Source of the DNA: Tubulanus polymorphus
Lineage: Eukaryota; Animalia; Nemertea
DNA: 64,000 nt
NCBI RefSeq assembly: GCF_964204645.1
Contig: NC_134028.1
Span: 4,836,001 to 4,900,000, forward strand
Direction: 5' to 3'
Position 1 is the first letter of the stretch. The number at the start of each line of letters is the position of its first letter. Below the pieces are notes generated by a model, which saw only the letters and a program-made list of their open reading frames with translations, ran no database searches and was not told where the DNA came from. Below are positions 12,637 through 26,561 of this stretch, in pieces. Made by a program: the position numbers and the translations under genes.

Positions 12637-15600
12637 GTGGCCTGGATATAGTATAATAGGCGACGAACAATAGAGAAAATATAAAATAACGGTGGTACCT
12701 GTATGTGTGAACGTACATATAAAACGAGTTGTGATTAGAATATATTCACAATATATAGCTATAAATCCGAGCTGGATGAAAAGTTATATACGCACTGATA
12801 AATCTAGCTAATCCATGTATCCGGTCACAAAGAGCTGGCAGCAAGCGACTATTATACGTAGTAAATTCTACCGAAGTAAATGGCCAACGCGGCATATAAT
12901 TGAACAGCACAGGGCGCAGGGTAAGAGAACGGGTCCAATCAGCCGCGTCTTACAGCGATTGACGTGAACTAATTTACCAGAATAGAGGAAGCCACAGCTT
13001 TGCTGCAATTAATCGAATTATAATTGTCGCGAATCAGTGTGGTTGATCATATGATCATCAGCTTCCGGGATAGAATCAGTAAAAATCATATCTGATTAAT
13101 ATATATATATATATTATTTGAGTGACTGCGATTGTGCGCCGCGAGAGAATTAAAAACTGTTATCAAATTCAGTGAATGGTTAAATCAATGATTTTCATTC
13201 ACTTCAAATCGGAAAACAAATTTACTGAAATTCAATCTTTCGAATTGATTCGATTTACATTAAGCCCGCTAACCAAAAATGACGTGATCTAAGCCTTTAA
13301 CCGTCACCAAACGCATACATTCACCACACGCAGCCTGCAGGCTAGATCAATTTGACTTGAATAGTATTTCAAGAATGCAATTGAGAAATGACTGCTGCGA
13401 ACTAAGATTCTGATCTTTCAGTGAGATTAAGGCGTTTACTGTGATTCAAAATTCAAACAGATTTACAGGACTTTTTCGGAAGCTCGAAATGTCCAAGGAT
13501 ATTCTTGCTTCACCATGTTTATGTTGGTGATCACGAACAAGTAAAAAGCTGTTCCCGGGAGCCTATGCCCTAAAAAGAACGTGCGATTTGATAAATCTAG
13601 GTCCCGAATCCCATAATACAGCAATCGATGACCGGCATAAAAACCTGCATCGTCTGGTGAATTATAGTATATTTCCAGCGGGTTAATGATAGAACATTAA
13701 ACGATTTGCGGAAGGTTGTAAATCTTTAGAAATATGGCACAAATTTGATTGCTACTTACTATGTCATCACATCATTTATCAGCGAGTGAGTGTCACACCG
13801 AATCGAACGTGTATAATTTATAAATAGCGGATAAACCAAGTGAAAGGCCGTTCATAATACGAGCTCCAACCGTCATCCGTCTCTGTTAGTAATGAATCCA
13901 TACGACATCAAAAATTTGCACAGCAAACAAATCCGTTCTACCTTGGTTTTGTTTACCTTGGATTTATAGACTCACTGCGTATAGATAACTAGGGTATAGC
14001 CTTCTTATTCAACCGTTTTAGACATACAGTGTAGATATAAGAGTCATTTTCATTCAAATCCTATTCATCTCGCAGGGTTTGATAATTTCATTGCTTTACC
14101 TCGATCCTTCACTTAGTCAGGCATTCGCGATCAATTTGCGATTAAAACTGTTGAGAGTAGAACATTTTCATTATTAAATCGGCAGTTTTAGTAATGACCT
14201 CCCGATGCTAGATTGAAAAAAGAAAAATCAAAACACAAACTCTGAGTGAGTTTGAATAAAGCTGATTCTATTCCAACATGTATTATAAGTTTTAACCTTC
14301 AAACCTTGATAAACATAGAACTTTAATAGAAATACTGCTTCCCAATCTTCCTCCCAAGCTCTAAAAGTTGAAACAACAATTTTCTTTCAAGCTAGCTGCG
14401 AGTAGAATATTTTTAGAAGCAGTTTCATCGACGTTATGGGAAACCATCAATTTCCCTGATCCATTGTCAACTCAACACTCTAATGGCATATTTTGATTTA
14501 TAAAGCCATTAGAAGGTGTGGTGCTTCCTAGGTGATCCTTAAAATTAAACCATACGTCACACAATGATAATGGATACGAAAATAACTTATCCGATTAAAC
14601 CTCTCAACTTGACGGTGAAACAAAACTAAACATCTTTAGTCTATAGTCGGCTTAGGTTTAATTCGGAGCCGCTTCATAAGCCTCTACTTCCACAATGTCT
14701 TATGAAATGCCTTAGCAAACCTCTGACAAAGTATTTTCCTTCAAGTTTTCAAAGAAGTACAGCGTGTTCTGAGTTTGTATGACCATTGAAAGGATTTGAT
14801 ATACATCTGAATGAACTGGCTTCGGGAGGAATGTTGTAAAAAAAAATATTCCTATACATTTCATCCGACTATTAGCACATTTCAATCGGGGTAAAAGAAC
14901 GGAAACACCACAGCAGTGCTATTTCCAATTATTTCGCGAATAAAATGCTGTCTGCATCTGTTGTTCAACATGATAGAAAATACCTATTGTATTCATTAAC
15001 TTAGTCTAATCTAACGTTTTTTTGTTACAAGCATTGGGTACTCGGTGCCGGTGCGGCTGCTGCTTGTGTTGCTGAAAATACTTTCGGCGAAGGACATTCC
15101 AAAGACGATTTCCATTACATATTTATAACTACAAATGAACAAAAGAGCCGTTCATCAAAAAATTAATAAAACGTGATCTTGACAGAAAACACCTGCCAAA
15201 TTCGCCTACACCAAACTCATCTAACGTTAGACGAAATGTTGTTTATGTAATTCGTTTATCAATGCGTCATCATTCTCGATATGGCGAATTTTGTAATTCA
15301 ATCGTCAGTTGAATAGATTTGATTTGCGCCGTAGTGATTGATAATTAATCGTGTTTCGGGTATATTTACGATTAATTTGACTCTATTCACTGCGCAGAAT
15401 CGATCTTCAATGAGTCGACATAGAAACCGGAAGTGAACCAATCAAACCAGCTGCCGACCGTAACCAAGACAATACTGTCGGTGTATTCTTTACTAAATTG
15501 CCGGGATTATGGCGCGATATACCCGCGATATAGCGACGGAAATTGCTCATTTCGCTTATTATCAGCGTTGATTGATGTGAATATTACATGTTCGGGGAAA

Positions 15601-17473
15601 ATCACGGAGACATTTTGTTCCAGACGCCGTAGTGATGAGACAGACAGACGAGAGATATCATGACAACCGTGCAGTTGATCCTCCGAGAAATCGGTGGCGA
15701 TTTGCGTGTGGTTGCTGTTCGATAGATGACAATCGAATATTCGTCATAATACCATACAATTACTGCAGCAGCTACACCCCCCCCCCGTGCCGTTTGCGAT
15801 TCCACGCAAAAGTTGTCGCCGACGAAATCAAGGACACGCGAAGGATGAATTGTTTATGATGGTCACATCATTTGACTTCTTCACCGACGAGATGTTCTGG
15901 CAAACCCCAAACTCATGTCTCCTAGATATCCAGGGTAGGCCAGTGTAGCCACTTGCCTTTAGTCTTTTTTTTAACTGGCAAAGAATATAACGGGACATGT
16001 TTCCTATCCATGTTCTTGGGAAGAAATATAAGAATATAATTTACAACTTATACAAGAATCTATTTTCATGTCTACCATGTCAGGCCAGTCATCTCAACGG
16101 AATTTTCGGCTCTTTTTAGCGGAAAAAAACTCAGTCATTTCTTTGTCGAGCAGCCACTCTTGACTGAAGAGACATATGAAATTACTTTAATGTAAATGGT
16201 CTTCAAGTGTTGTAGATAGAAAGGGGAGATCATAGATTACGTTACACAGAGATGAGCTTCAAAGAAATCTCTGAATTGATTGTGGGTTGTAACAAGTTGG
16301 AGACGCCAGTTACAATAACAATCGATTCAGTTATTATCGATATTTCGAAATTACAATATCAGGTATCGGCTTTCATCAGAAGAATGCTGAGCATTCCGTT
16401 ACCACTAATAGTCGACATCTGAAAGACGCAACAACGGTCTGATCACGTGGTCGCCCGCCGACCGAAAAATCCATTAAACTTCGAAAGATTATCCGTCAAA
16501 AAACTGATAACGTATTTATGAGATTTTGCATCCCTGGAGGAATTTTTCATCGAACAATGTACGCCTACTTCAAGAAGCCTGATCGACGGTTAGGCACAAA
16601 TATTCAAAATGGCTTTTGAACGGTTTAATATCTTGTCGCTGACTATTAAATGAAATTCCGTAGCTCAGTGTTTTTTTTTTATCTTAAAATAGGGATTGTC
16701 CCTGTTGTTTATTTGGTTTGTAAATTTCGTTAGATTTTTTGATTGAGTGTCCCTTACAGACCCACCACACCTGCCGGGAGCGAAACAGGGGGTTTGAGCG
16801 TTATCATCGCTGAACCGAACGAGATATGAAATGCCACCTGACCAACGAGACCTCAGACAGCAGTCGGGTGAAGTCGGACGCTGCACTAGCTAAGATAACA
16901 AATCACAATAGAAACCCACTGCTCTCAACATCCGCTCCTATCAATAAAGAGTCTCTACAGTTCCGTTTTACCAGTAATGAACGAGATATTTTACGAGCTG
17001 ACATTGCCAGCTCGGAACACCGTCGCCGACAGTGCCGGTATGCCTGGTGTTTGTCTGATAAAGCGTACAGGTCGCCTGCCGATACACTTCACGCCATCGG
17101 TTCCCGCCTATCAATTCCGACGGCGCGACATGCCTCTTAGATAGCCCCCTCGATTAATCAAAATATCGCTGATATAGTTGAATTTCTTATGGAGATTAAC
17201 CAGAATCATCAGATTTGATAAATACCGAGGTTTAGCCAATCAATATACACCCCCGCTTGAGTGCAAGTATTAACAGTTTTATCAATCATTTTATTCCGCT
17301 CACGAAAAGCTTCCTTTATTTTCTGATCATTTTTCCACATCAACAACAATTGAGATGTCACAAACCAACCACAACCAAGGACAGTCCCGATGGGTGTCGT
17401 CGTCGTCGTCTCACAGCTGATAAGAGCAGACATGATAAGCATGTAATGTCCAGTATAGGCTACTTTAACTTAC

Positions 17474-17532
17474 CCTTCTCTGCGGTAAGGCATCGATGTT
17501 GATTTCTTTCCCGTTATTGTTGTGGTAGGCAT
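17474..17532 (-). CDS. CSGALNACT: Probable first coding exon of CSGALNACT (exon 17474-17560; CDS starts at ATG 17532)
   Basis: Strong acceptor (TTTTTCATTTCAG|, 17561) and donor (GG|GTAAGT, 17473). accATG at 17532 is preceded by an in-frame TGA. It reads MPTTTITGKKSTSMPYRRE(GG|A), phase 2, joining in frame to MIKGF at 8512 for a 557-aa protein. Confidence 0.65.
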
Positions 17533-18935
17533 GGTATCTACCTGTCATTCTCGAAGCGATCTGAAATGAAAAATTGGATCAAATAGCGCCAGACAATAAT
17601 TATATTGTATATATATCTAGATGTTAGCGCTCTGAAATCTAGAACCAACTTACTTTTTTATTTGTCACTTCTAATAATAAAAATCAGCACCTATTAATGC
17701 CAAACGGTGTTTAGAAAAATGCTATCTATGTTTACATAGAAATCATTCGAAATATTTGATTTTTTCTCTGTAATACATGAAATAGTTGTTAACATTGCGG
17801 GGGCAATATGAAAAGAATTATCTCAACGTGTGGACAGATATGCATGAATTATAAACGCATTGGAGTTATGTTTCATTTTAGTGCCGTAATTTGATAACTG
17901 CATTTTTTAAAGCCACTTTATCGAATCTACAACATCATTTATTGAGTTTATATCCTTGATATACATAGTTAGTTCGGAATAAACATGTTGTATGTAGATA
18001 TATTTGTGTATACAGCAAGACGGGTTGAGGCTGATCTCACTGGGGGGATACAATTGAATCATTTATCATCGTTGCGATTTACAAAGTTCTTCCCGAGTGG
18101 AATTTTATTTCTTGTCGATAATGTTATTACTAAACAAGCAACACAAACTCGTGTTCATAACACCCAGAGGTATGATTGACACGAGGGCTACATTCCCGAC
18201 TCGTACCGCCGGAAATATGCCTCGTAACGATTCGTTTGTTTTATGTGCACGACGTTACGACTGTCTCCGAGGAGGCCACGACACAGGAAATTATTTAGCC
18301 TCGACCGGCGTTTAATGGATGGAAAACCGGCGGCCGTTACCCGCGGTCAGGAGCAAAAAATTCCTCGGCATTACACACGACTGGACACTGGGGATAGTTT
18401 GCGTGAAGCATTCGTAGACGGACGGATTTAGAAAGATAGCATAAATCAACAGCAAAGAAATTATACATAAATTCCAGCACAGAGAACTAATGCTATAAAC
18501 GGAGCTCTTATGGCGTGGTCAATACGCTATAAAGATCAAGAGAAGCATCAAAGTACGATGGACAAATCTGTAAATGCGGCCCGGGTTGTATCTTGAATGT
18601 AATCGGGTGGTGCGGCATTCGCGGCATTAAAATGACATGGAGGTTTATACTTGCTCCATAAAAGCTCGCGATCCTGCAGCTTATTACAAGTAATCAGTGG
18701 TCCTAAATCCAGCACCCCATGCCATCAATAGACATTGGTGATGTCCAAAATGTGGTTCTGTAATTTCGTATGTAGAACCCAATAATAGATTAGTCTGATG
18801 GAAAGTATAAACTTTCGCTTAGATATTTAGTATTTATTGGGTGTATATCCATTTCAGTTCGACTCGATAGTTTTAGCGCGGATAATGTATCCCGCTATCC
18901 ACAATCGATGTCATATCCTTCGATTCCCCACTGTC

Positions 18936-19025
18936 GCAGCAGCGGCAGCGGCAGCGGTAGCGCCAGCATCAGCACCGCTAGCACCAGCACCAGCACCATC
19001 AGTAGCAGCAGCAGCAGCACCTGCA
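18936..19025. repeat. GCA/CCA-rich low-complexity trinucleotide tract
   Basis: GCAGCAGCGGCAGCGGCAGCGGTAGCGCCAGCATCAGCACC...GCAGCAGCAGCAGCACCTGCA; no convincing splice context was seen. Confidence 0.8.
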
Positions 19026-19749
19026 GAGAACAGTTACATCCCTTGACGTGTATTAATAGTTGATATAGTCATTTTAAAGCGCATTAGTTTCACACGTTTT
19101 CGGAGCTGCTGTGATTGATTGAACTACTGTGTGATAAACGTTCCAACCTTTCGACGACTTTTATGAAACTGTTTTCCAAGATGGATGGTCTTTGCACAAC
19201 GTCTTTGTAAGTGATATATCAGGTTTTTCAAGATAAATCCCATTTTTCATCAATCGATGTTGCGAACACACGTCTGTTTTTGACGTGGTTTATCGTGCGA
19301 TGGTCGTATGAGGCTTCATGAACGGTTTGATATCTTTCAGCATATTGTCTGGCCGGGATAAATGCATCCTTTGACAAGATACTAGAAATCAAGAATCAGT
19401 CAAAAGTTCAAAATGATGGCTTTACGTGAATTCGTATTCTTGCAAACTCGTAAGATGTAGTCTTTTTGATCTTAGGGGTTGACTTTCTTATTCTCTATTG
19501 CTAACGGTGTGGAGAGCTTGATTTTGAAATCGGAAATAGCCGGATGATCGGTCGAATTCATAGAATATTTTTGCGTTAAGTCGCGAAGTAGATAATTTCG
19601 GTACCAGTTCGTGTAAACAATGTTCCAACCAGTTTTATCACCAGCGGCAAGCGACTGATTGGGAGAATCAATAGAATCTTAACCTGACTGCACCCATTCT
19701 GTAAACCTTTCAAGGTGAAGAAAGTTCCATGGTTAAATAATATATATTT

Positions 19750-19791
19750 TTGCAACGTTTCGGCTAAATACGATCAGCCATCATCAGGCGT
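19750..19791 (-). ncRNA. Minimal type I hammerhead ribozyme motif (Penelope-like element type)
   Basis: Minus strand reads acgc CTGATGA t GGCTGA tcgtat TTAGCC GAAA C GTT gcaa: intact catalytic core, 6-bp stem II, palindromic AACGTT stem III, and a stem I of only 2 bp. Confidence 0.6.
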
Positions 19792-21241
19792 ACCTTTTTG
19801 AAAATGCTAATTTCATTCTGTGTGTAGTGTGGAATTTACTTTCACATATTTCCACTTACAACTACAGTCACGACGCTCACAACATTAACAGTGGTATGAA
19901 ACAGAACCAATCGAAATAATCCACGATTAACGCAATCTGTACGACCCCTCAGGATCAGTTATAAAGCGCATTCATTCAATCTCAATCCTCCCTCGAGCTG
20001 ACTTGTCACAAATTACCAATAGTAAGGTATTTATGGTATCAACATAATTCACGCATTTGTTGAAAGTACGCGCGAGTTTTTGGTAAGATGGGCGTTGCTC
20101 GGCCCAAATAACAGAAAGCTTCTTTGTTTTGGCGCTTGTTAGAAAATTTGCCAATTTCAATTTATATCTACACATAACGACTGTATTTCAGTTAACACGT
20201 AGCTCGATTTTTTAATAGAAGGCTATTATTTTTCATCGACGCGCGCACGATGTGAACTTTGGTGGGTGTTGTTTTTTTTCGCAACGTTTTTCACGCGGAG
20301 ACATCAATTTTACCGGTGAAAGCTCGCAGTGTTCCCCAGATATATGGCTTCATGTAATCAACGCAACAAAATGCGATCAATTTACAGTTAATGAAACGAA
20401 AGCGTGAAAGGTGTGGCTAGTCATCTGATAGGTGCTGTTTTCTGTTAATCAGTTTCATCAAGCTTATATGATTTCTGTACGTATCAAATGCCTGTTTCAT
20501 TCCTTTCTACGTATCACCTTAAAAGGTACGGGTCGAACTTCACAACGCCAGTAGCAGATGACACGCATATAATGCCACGCAGGAATTTTGGAAAAAAAAA
20601 TCAAACAGCATCAAAGGTATTCGTCATACAGCCAGATATCTGTTGCACCTGGAAGAGAGAAATGTCAATCGACATGGGACGAGCAAAGAATACTTACAGA
20701 AAAAAAAACGAAAAAAAAGATTTTCTTTAAAATAGAAAACAACATGAAAGGCATTATTCCAGTGCCTGTTTGGAAGAGTCATGTGATTGAAGGCAGACAA
20801 TCATCAACTGACTGAACTTCAGACTTAAAATCAGACTTCAAACTTGGGGGTTTCAGGCCCCGCTTCAAACAGTCCAGTACTGAGGCGAAAATGGCCTGTG
20901 AATATATAAACAATGAGTAACGGTGAATAAGCGTAAAGACCTCCATTCTCACATTACAATCCACTGGTGCATTCTACCATCTCAGAACAGGTAATAAGTA
21001 TGGCAAAGGTATAACATATGTACGAGACCGAAAATAGCTGTGTAGAGACTGTGATAGAATCATTGTATATAATTGACCGTTATACCTGATAATGATGTCA
21101 CTAATGAGACCCCATCAGTTCGTAATGGATCAAACTGTTACTATTTTTAGACACGGATTCAAGCTCAGGTTCGTGTCATCTCATTCGCAATAAGAAAGAT
21201 CAGAGATTGCGGAGAATGCTTCGCAGTTTTACCGACCAGTT

Positions 21242-21515
21242 CAGAGGCAGATCTAGGAAGTTTGGAAGGCCGGGGTCAAGAAGAAAAAGGCATCTTTCAG
21301 ATAACGCAGCCAAGTCAACGGTCTCAATTGGGGTCCCGCGTGGTTCCGCTCTAGGTTTTAGATATTTCTGAAGAAATACATCCGAAAAGTTGCAACTTCC
21401 GAGAGGAAGAGTGTCAAATTTACTGGTTTTAACGATCTGTGTCTTGACGAAAAGGGCCACCTCGATGGGAAAGCAGGGTCCGAACCCCCGAGACCACCCC
21501 GCTAAATCCGCCCTG
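21242..21515. mobile_element. Old hAT-like MITE (about 274 bp)
   Basis: Ends CAGAGGCAGATCTAGG and CTAAATCCGCCCTG (reverse complement CAGGGCGGATTTAG), with a GC-rich interior (GGGTCCGAACCCCC). The TSD is not preserved. Confidence 0.55.
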
Positions 21516-24500
21516 TGAGTTGAACAGAGTTGTGAACTGCATTTTACTTGGACCTCGTTCCGCATTTATATGTTCAATCTGGTAGCAATCACTTGTTATA
21601 TTTACCACGTCTTGAACCAATGATTCCTGAAATCATAAATTCCATGGGGTGAGGCTAGTGCATATACAGTCCAGATTTAACGGTCTACTAGAAATTCATT
21701 GCTAATGACAACCGTTTTCAAATGGTGTTTCCCCCAATAAAAAACAAATCTATTCAATAATCTGAAGTGTTATTCAACAAACTCTGAATATTAAACATGA
21801 GTCGTTTTCTTTGAAATAAGAAATGTTTATATAGATTCACATTTTGTATCTGAGTTATACCGTTGGTGAAATGAGAAAAAAACTTGCTTCGGCGAGATGG
21901 ATGTTTTTCAGAAAAATCACGGACGTATAACTCACACGTCCAAAAACTTAACGAAAACAGCCTTCGGCATTTACAGACTTCAAAAGACTGGTGCAATTTA
22001 ACAGAATAAGCAACTGCCAAATATAGATGATATTATAGAGTCTAGTTGAAGAGTACTGAGCTCAAGTTGAAGGTCAACGTATTGGTAATGAACAAATTCT
22101 GGTATCGAATTATGTGATGACCGATACCTGTGGAATTGGATACAGTAGAACTTGATATATGGTTTAATTAGTGCTAAACATGGCGTTTTAAAAATAGCAT
22201 TCTACACGAGAGCGAGCACACAAACTGCAAATAGACTGAAATGATAATGTAATTTGCTTACGTTACTCGCTAAACTTTGTTGTTTATTCATTCAAACAAA
22301 AGAAACGAAACCGCGCAACGTCTTGTGAATTTAAATGAGTTATCTCTCGTTTTAACGTTTGAAGAGCTAATGCCACGTTCTGAATGTACCGCGGCAAACA
22401 AGGCGTTCTCCGAGTAACCGTTAACACATTAATCTGGGAATCGTAATAGTTTTGACAATCGAAATCCATATGTAGAATTAAACGCAGTGTGTATAACCGA
22501 GCTAACGAAATTTCAAATCGGTTTAAGAGATTATCAAATAATCTTGCCTTCCAGTTGATATAGAAGCGTAGAAATTTGTGACCGGATATTGTGGACCAGT
22601 ATCAAGCCTAAAACCATCGAGAGTTTTAAGATATTTAGTCCAGTCCACATTTCATAGCGCTGCCCGGGTAGGAGAGTCCAAAATCAAATTCATACGTTAT
22701 GAGGAGTTTGCGATGATGTCACGAGGCCACCGGCTATGGCAATAACGAAGATTATAAAGCCACGTGTTGTGGACGAGGTATCGCTGGAATTTCGTTAATC
22801 AGTTTGCCTCCTACGTGACCAATATGATTCTCTAACCGCCTCGGGTTATGGAAGTGTAATAACGCAATATGTTGACTAATTTTGCGGAAAATGCTGTCAC
22901 CGCATTTTAGCGGTTTCCCTCACGACACTCATTGCCTGTGGACACGTTAGAGATAAGTGTATCTTCCATTTCTGGCGTTGATTCAGATACATATAAGAGA
23001 TAGAAGCCAACGCGCACCTTCATATCTGCGCGCTATCCCTTCAAGGCAGCACTTTAGAAGCCGCATAGATTCGTGATTCACGTATAAGGACAACAAACAA
23101 ACTCTTGCCTTTACATTAGCAGCAAAAACAACCATGACATCGACGTCTTGACGTCTTGCTTTGAGCAATTTCCAGATGGCCTTTTTGTAATCTTGCACTA
23201 ATTGCTTCGTTTTATAGCGGTTGAAAGCACCGTTACAGAATCTCGGTCTTCGCCTTCAGATTTTTATTTTACGTGAAAATTAAACTTTTGACCGTTCGAT
23301 TTTCTGAATGTTCCGGCGCTGGGAGTTGGAGAGCGTGTTTGCAGACGGTAGTTTGTGGTGTCTTCGGACAGTGTTGATCGTTCTACGTGGCACGACACCC
23401 TATGATGGACCGGTTGTCAAAGGTTTTATAACGGCCAGAATTGGTCGATTTTGTCGATTCTAAGCCGGTGGGCGCGCGTTTATTGTACGACAAAGGGACT
23501 TGGCTTGTTGGGTCAGATCGGTGTCATATTAGCGCACATAGTGTTTGCAAAACCGGGAAAAGGAACGACATTAACCGTTTGCGGGTGACCACGGATACAC
23601 CGGCGCGTAACCTGGTTCTAAAGTCTTACTTCCAAACTTCAACTCTCATGGATACGCTGCAATATCTGACTGAAATTTCTTCCAAATAGTATACATATAT
23701 AATATTTGTCAAGAGATTCTTTGTTGCGAAGCAATCAATAGTATAGGCCGTTTGTTTACTTAGAAGTATAATCATAAACAAAAGATGAAGAAATCGAATT
23801 CTGAACTGTGGAAATCAATGTATCATCTATTCATCCTTGCATTTCGAAAGTGTTTATATTTGTTAGTCTATATTTACCTACAACGTACCTTATTTGACCT
23901 GTTTTTATCAAACACACTCACTTCAAAAATACAAATTACCAAAAACATCCAACAGTTCATTGGGATTTGTAATCAATACCGCAAGGCAATGCTGGCGAAA
24001 TGCAAATGAAAAATTTACGTACGATGTATTCATGTTTTTCAAAGTTTATCCTCAACGGGTTTCGACTCCACGAAAAAAGTGATCACAATTTGACATTTAG
24101 TTTTTCACAAAACCGGGAACCAGTGAAAGAAGAATAACAATATTTCAATGGCCATTTCATTTTCTATCAGTTGTTCTGCACATGTTGTGCAATTACAATC
24201 TCGATTCCCTGGAGACGAAAGAAAAGCCGGTGTATATTGAACGAAGCATTTTTCCTACGATAACGACGTTTCCCCTTACTGAAATTAATACGATCTGGGA
24301 ATTGACGAATCCCCGAGAATCTTAGATTTAATTACGAAACGGCCTAGTTATATTTTATCCGTTGGTTAGAGTTAATTGGACTATATAAGCCGCTTATGTT
24401 CGATGTCGTAGCCGCATTTCTGCTTTTGGAAATTCGTGATGTACCCGCAATACTAAACTGTAACTGCGGATTTAATTTCTTGAATAAGAAATGTTTTCCC

Positions 24501-26458
24501 TTCAGTACAACCATCACGCTCTCTGGTTATATTAGTAAATATGTAAGATTTGTAGGGAGAATGTCGCTGCAATGAAGCAAAGCATTAGCGCTAAGATAAC
24601 AGACATCTTAATTAGATGTCTTGTACGTCGGATGTTCTTGAAACTGAAATGGAAAAAAATGGCGACACGATGAATTTGACATGTAGGAAATCCTTTCAAC
24701 GATCTGACAGGGCGTCGCGACGCTGTGTGTCGCTGAGATTAATGACTTCATTCTTCGAGGCAAAATCAGTTGTCTTTTCTCTCCACGAAACAAGGCTGCC
24801 ATTCGTCAATAAATACTAATTATTTACCTTGCGATACAAATGGATTGTGGATAGTTTCCTGTTTACTGGTAACGGTTTGATAATGATAGCCATTACTCAT
24901 CATTTACACACACGAGTCGAGGGCTGTTGCATCTCATCAGTAAAATACTGAGCAAAATGCGCTCTTTGTTCATGGCGACGAAAAGAGAAAAAAACTATGC
25001 CATTCGGCAGAATTCATCGGTAACTGCAGCTTGTCAACCTGTTCACTTTTAGTCACCGCAAGCAATTCATTGCAAATAGTGCGTGAAAGCCGCTTGGAAA
25101 CGTGCTGAATTGAATCGTTTTCTCCGAGGTGTTGAAAAAAGCCAAATCTTGCTTTAAGCAGCATCGGCAAAAAAAATGATATGAACATGAATGTAACTAG
25201 TGGAGCGCGAGAACGGAAATGCCTGGCCGCTTTAAGCAACTGGCAGGAAGTGTTCAGAAATAGTGACCATGGTTACACGAAGCCGCAAAGGATGTTATTT
25301 CACAAAGATATTCCGAATAAATACAAAAGAACAGCTCAAGCTGGTCCTAATAGTGCTAATCAATTGGAAAATGACATGTATGGTTAATATGGCAGAAAAA
25401 CAAGCAATATTCAGTTAATTGATGGAGCAAATTAATGTATATATCGACACGAAGCACGTTCTGCATACGATGTACCTTATCTGAATAGGAGGTACACGTA
25501 AGCCTAGCTACTTCCAGAGTGGGTTCGATTCTCCAAAGCCTAAAACTACAAGTCCATCTTAAAGTCCCATAGGTACCAATCTACGATCGATGTTAAGAAA
25601 GATCATAGATTCAGGGGGTTTTTTTTAGCTTCCGCGAGGTTGTAAATAAGATCTGAGCCTATGAGTCATTTCCTTTTTTCCTGATAATGTTCAGAAGTTC
25701 TATAAAGATGGTACTTTAGCTAATAAAGAACATAGAAACTGCTTGTGAACAAGCCGCATATGTAAAACCGTAATAAAATAACGTTATGGTATCGGATGTA
25801 ACTGCTGATTGTGATATAAAGTGTGTGATGTAATCATGATGTGAGATGGAAGCATAAATTTTCAGCCTGAGAAATGAATAGACCACACGACACCGCGCGT
25901 TACCGCCATCATAGACTGTTACACAGACTACATTATGAAGACATCGCCAGTCCCCTACGGACGTTCAGTCTCGATATAATGATCGGTGCTTTTTCTGCTT
26001 GGACAGGCTGACCAAATTAACTGTCTAATGATAGATTCCAGTGGAGATTGAATCGAAGCTGAATTGACTAATACTCCGTCTCAGTGGTCGCCTCTCTCTC
26101 TCTTTCGGCTAAACTAACCGCATCTGATTCTGACTGTGAAAACAAGTTACAGAAATGAACATCGAATCATATAGTACTGCTGATAACACTGAAAATCAGA
26201 GATATAAAGTGATTAGTGTTAGGTAATAGACACCTAATACGCTAGTATCATTCTGAACTATAGCAATCATATACTTTATTACAGACCTTTTTTCCTAGAG
26301 ATGGCGTCCAGAAGTTTCAGATATCGACAAAATATTATTGGTAAATTCTAAATCTGATATTCAAAATGACAAAGTTCTCGTTTTTCTCATTCAGTTATTT
26401 TCAGGTGCTTCTTTCCTATAGTTGATCATATTTTGTCCGGAAAGATTTGGTGTATGGC

Positions 26459-26561
26459 GGAGTTTTGCTGTATCATCCAACTCAGCATCACCTTCAAGTC
26501 TAAAGATCCGACTTGAGAGTGGAGTTTACTGCACCATCAAACTCAGATATCACTCTCAAGT
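26459..26561. repeat. Diverged direct repeat of about 41 bp, two copies
   Basis: GGAGTTTTGCTGTATCATCCAACTCAGCATCACCTTCAAGT (26459) versus GGAGTTTACTGCACCATCAAACTCAGATATCACTCTCAAGT (26521). Confidence 0.6.

Noticed and set aside
18837-19046. Ala/Pro-rich 69-aa ORF
   Set aside because: It has a non-ATG start, is explained by a GCA/CCA low-complexity tract, and lacks good splice sites.
21200-21620. 121-aa and 63-aa minus-strand ORFs
   Set aside because: They largely coincide with a GC-rich MITE and show no protein motif.
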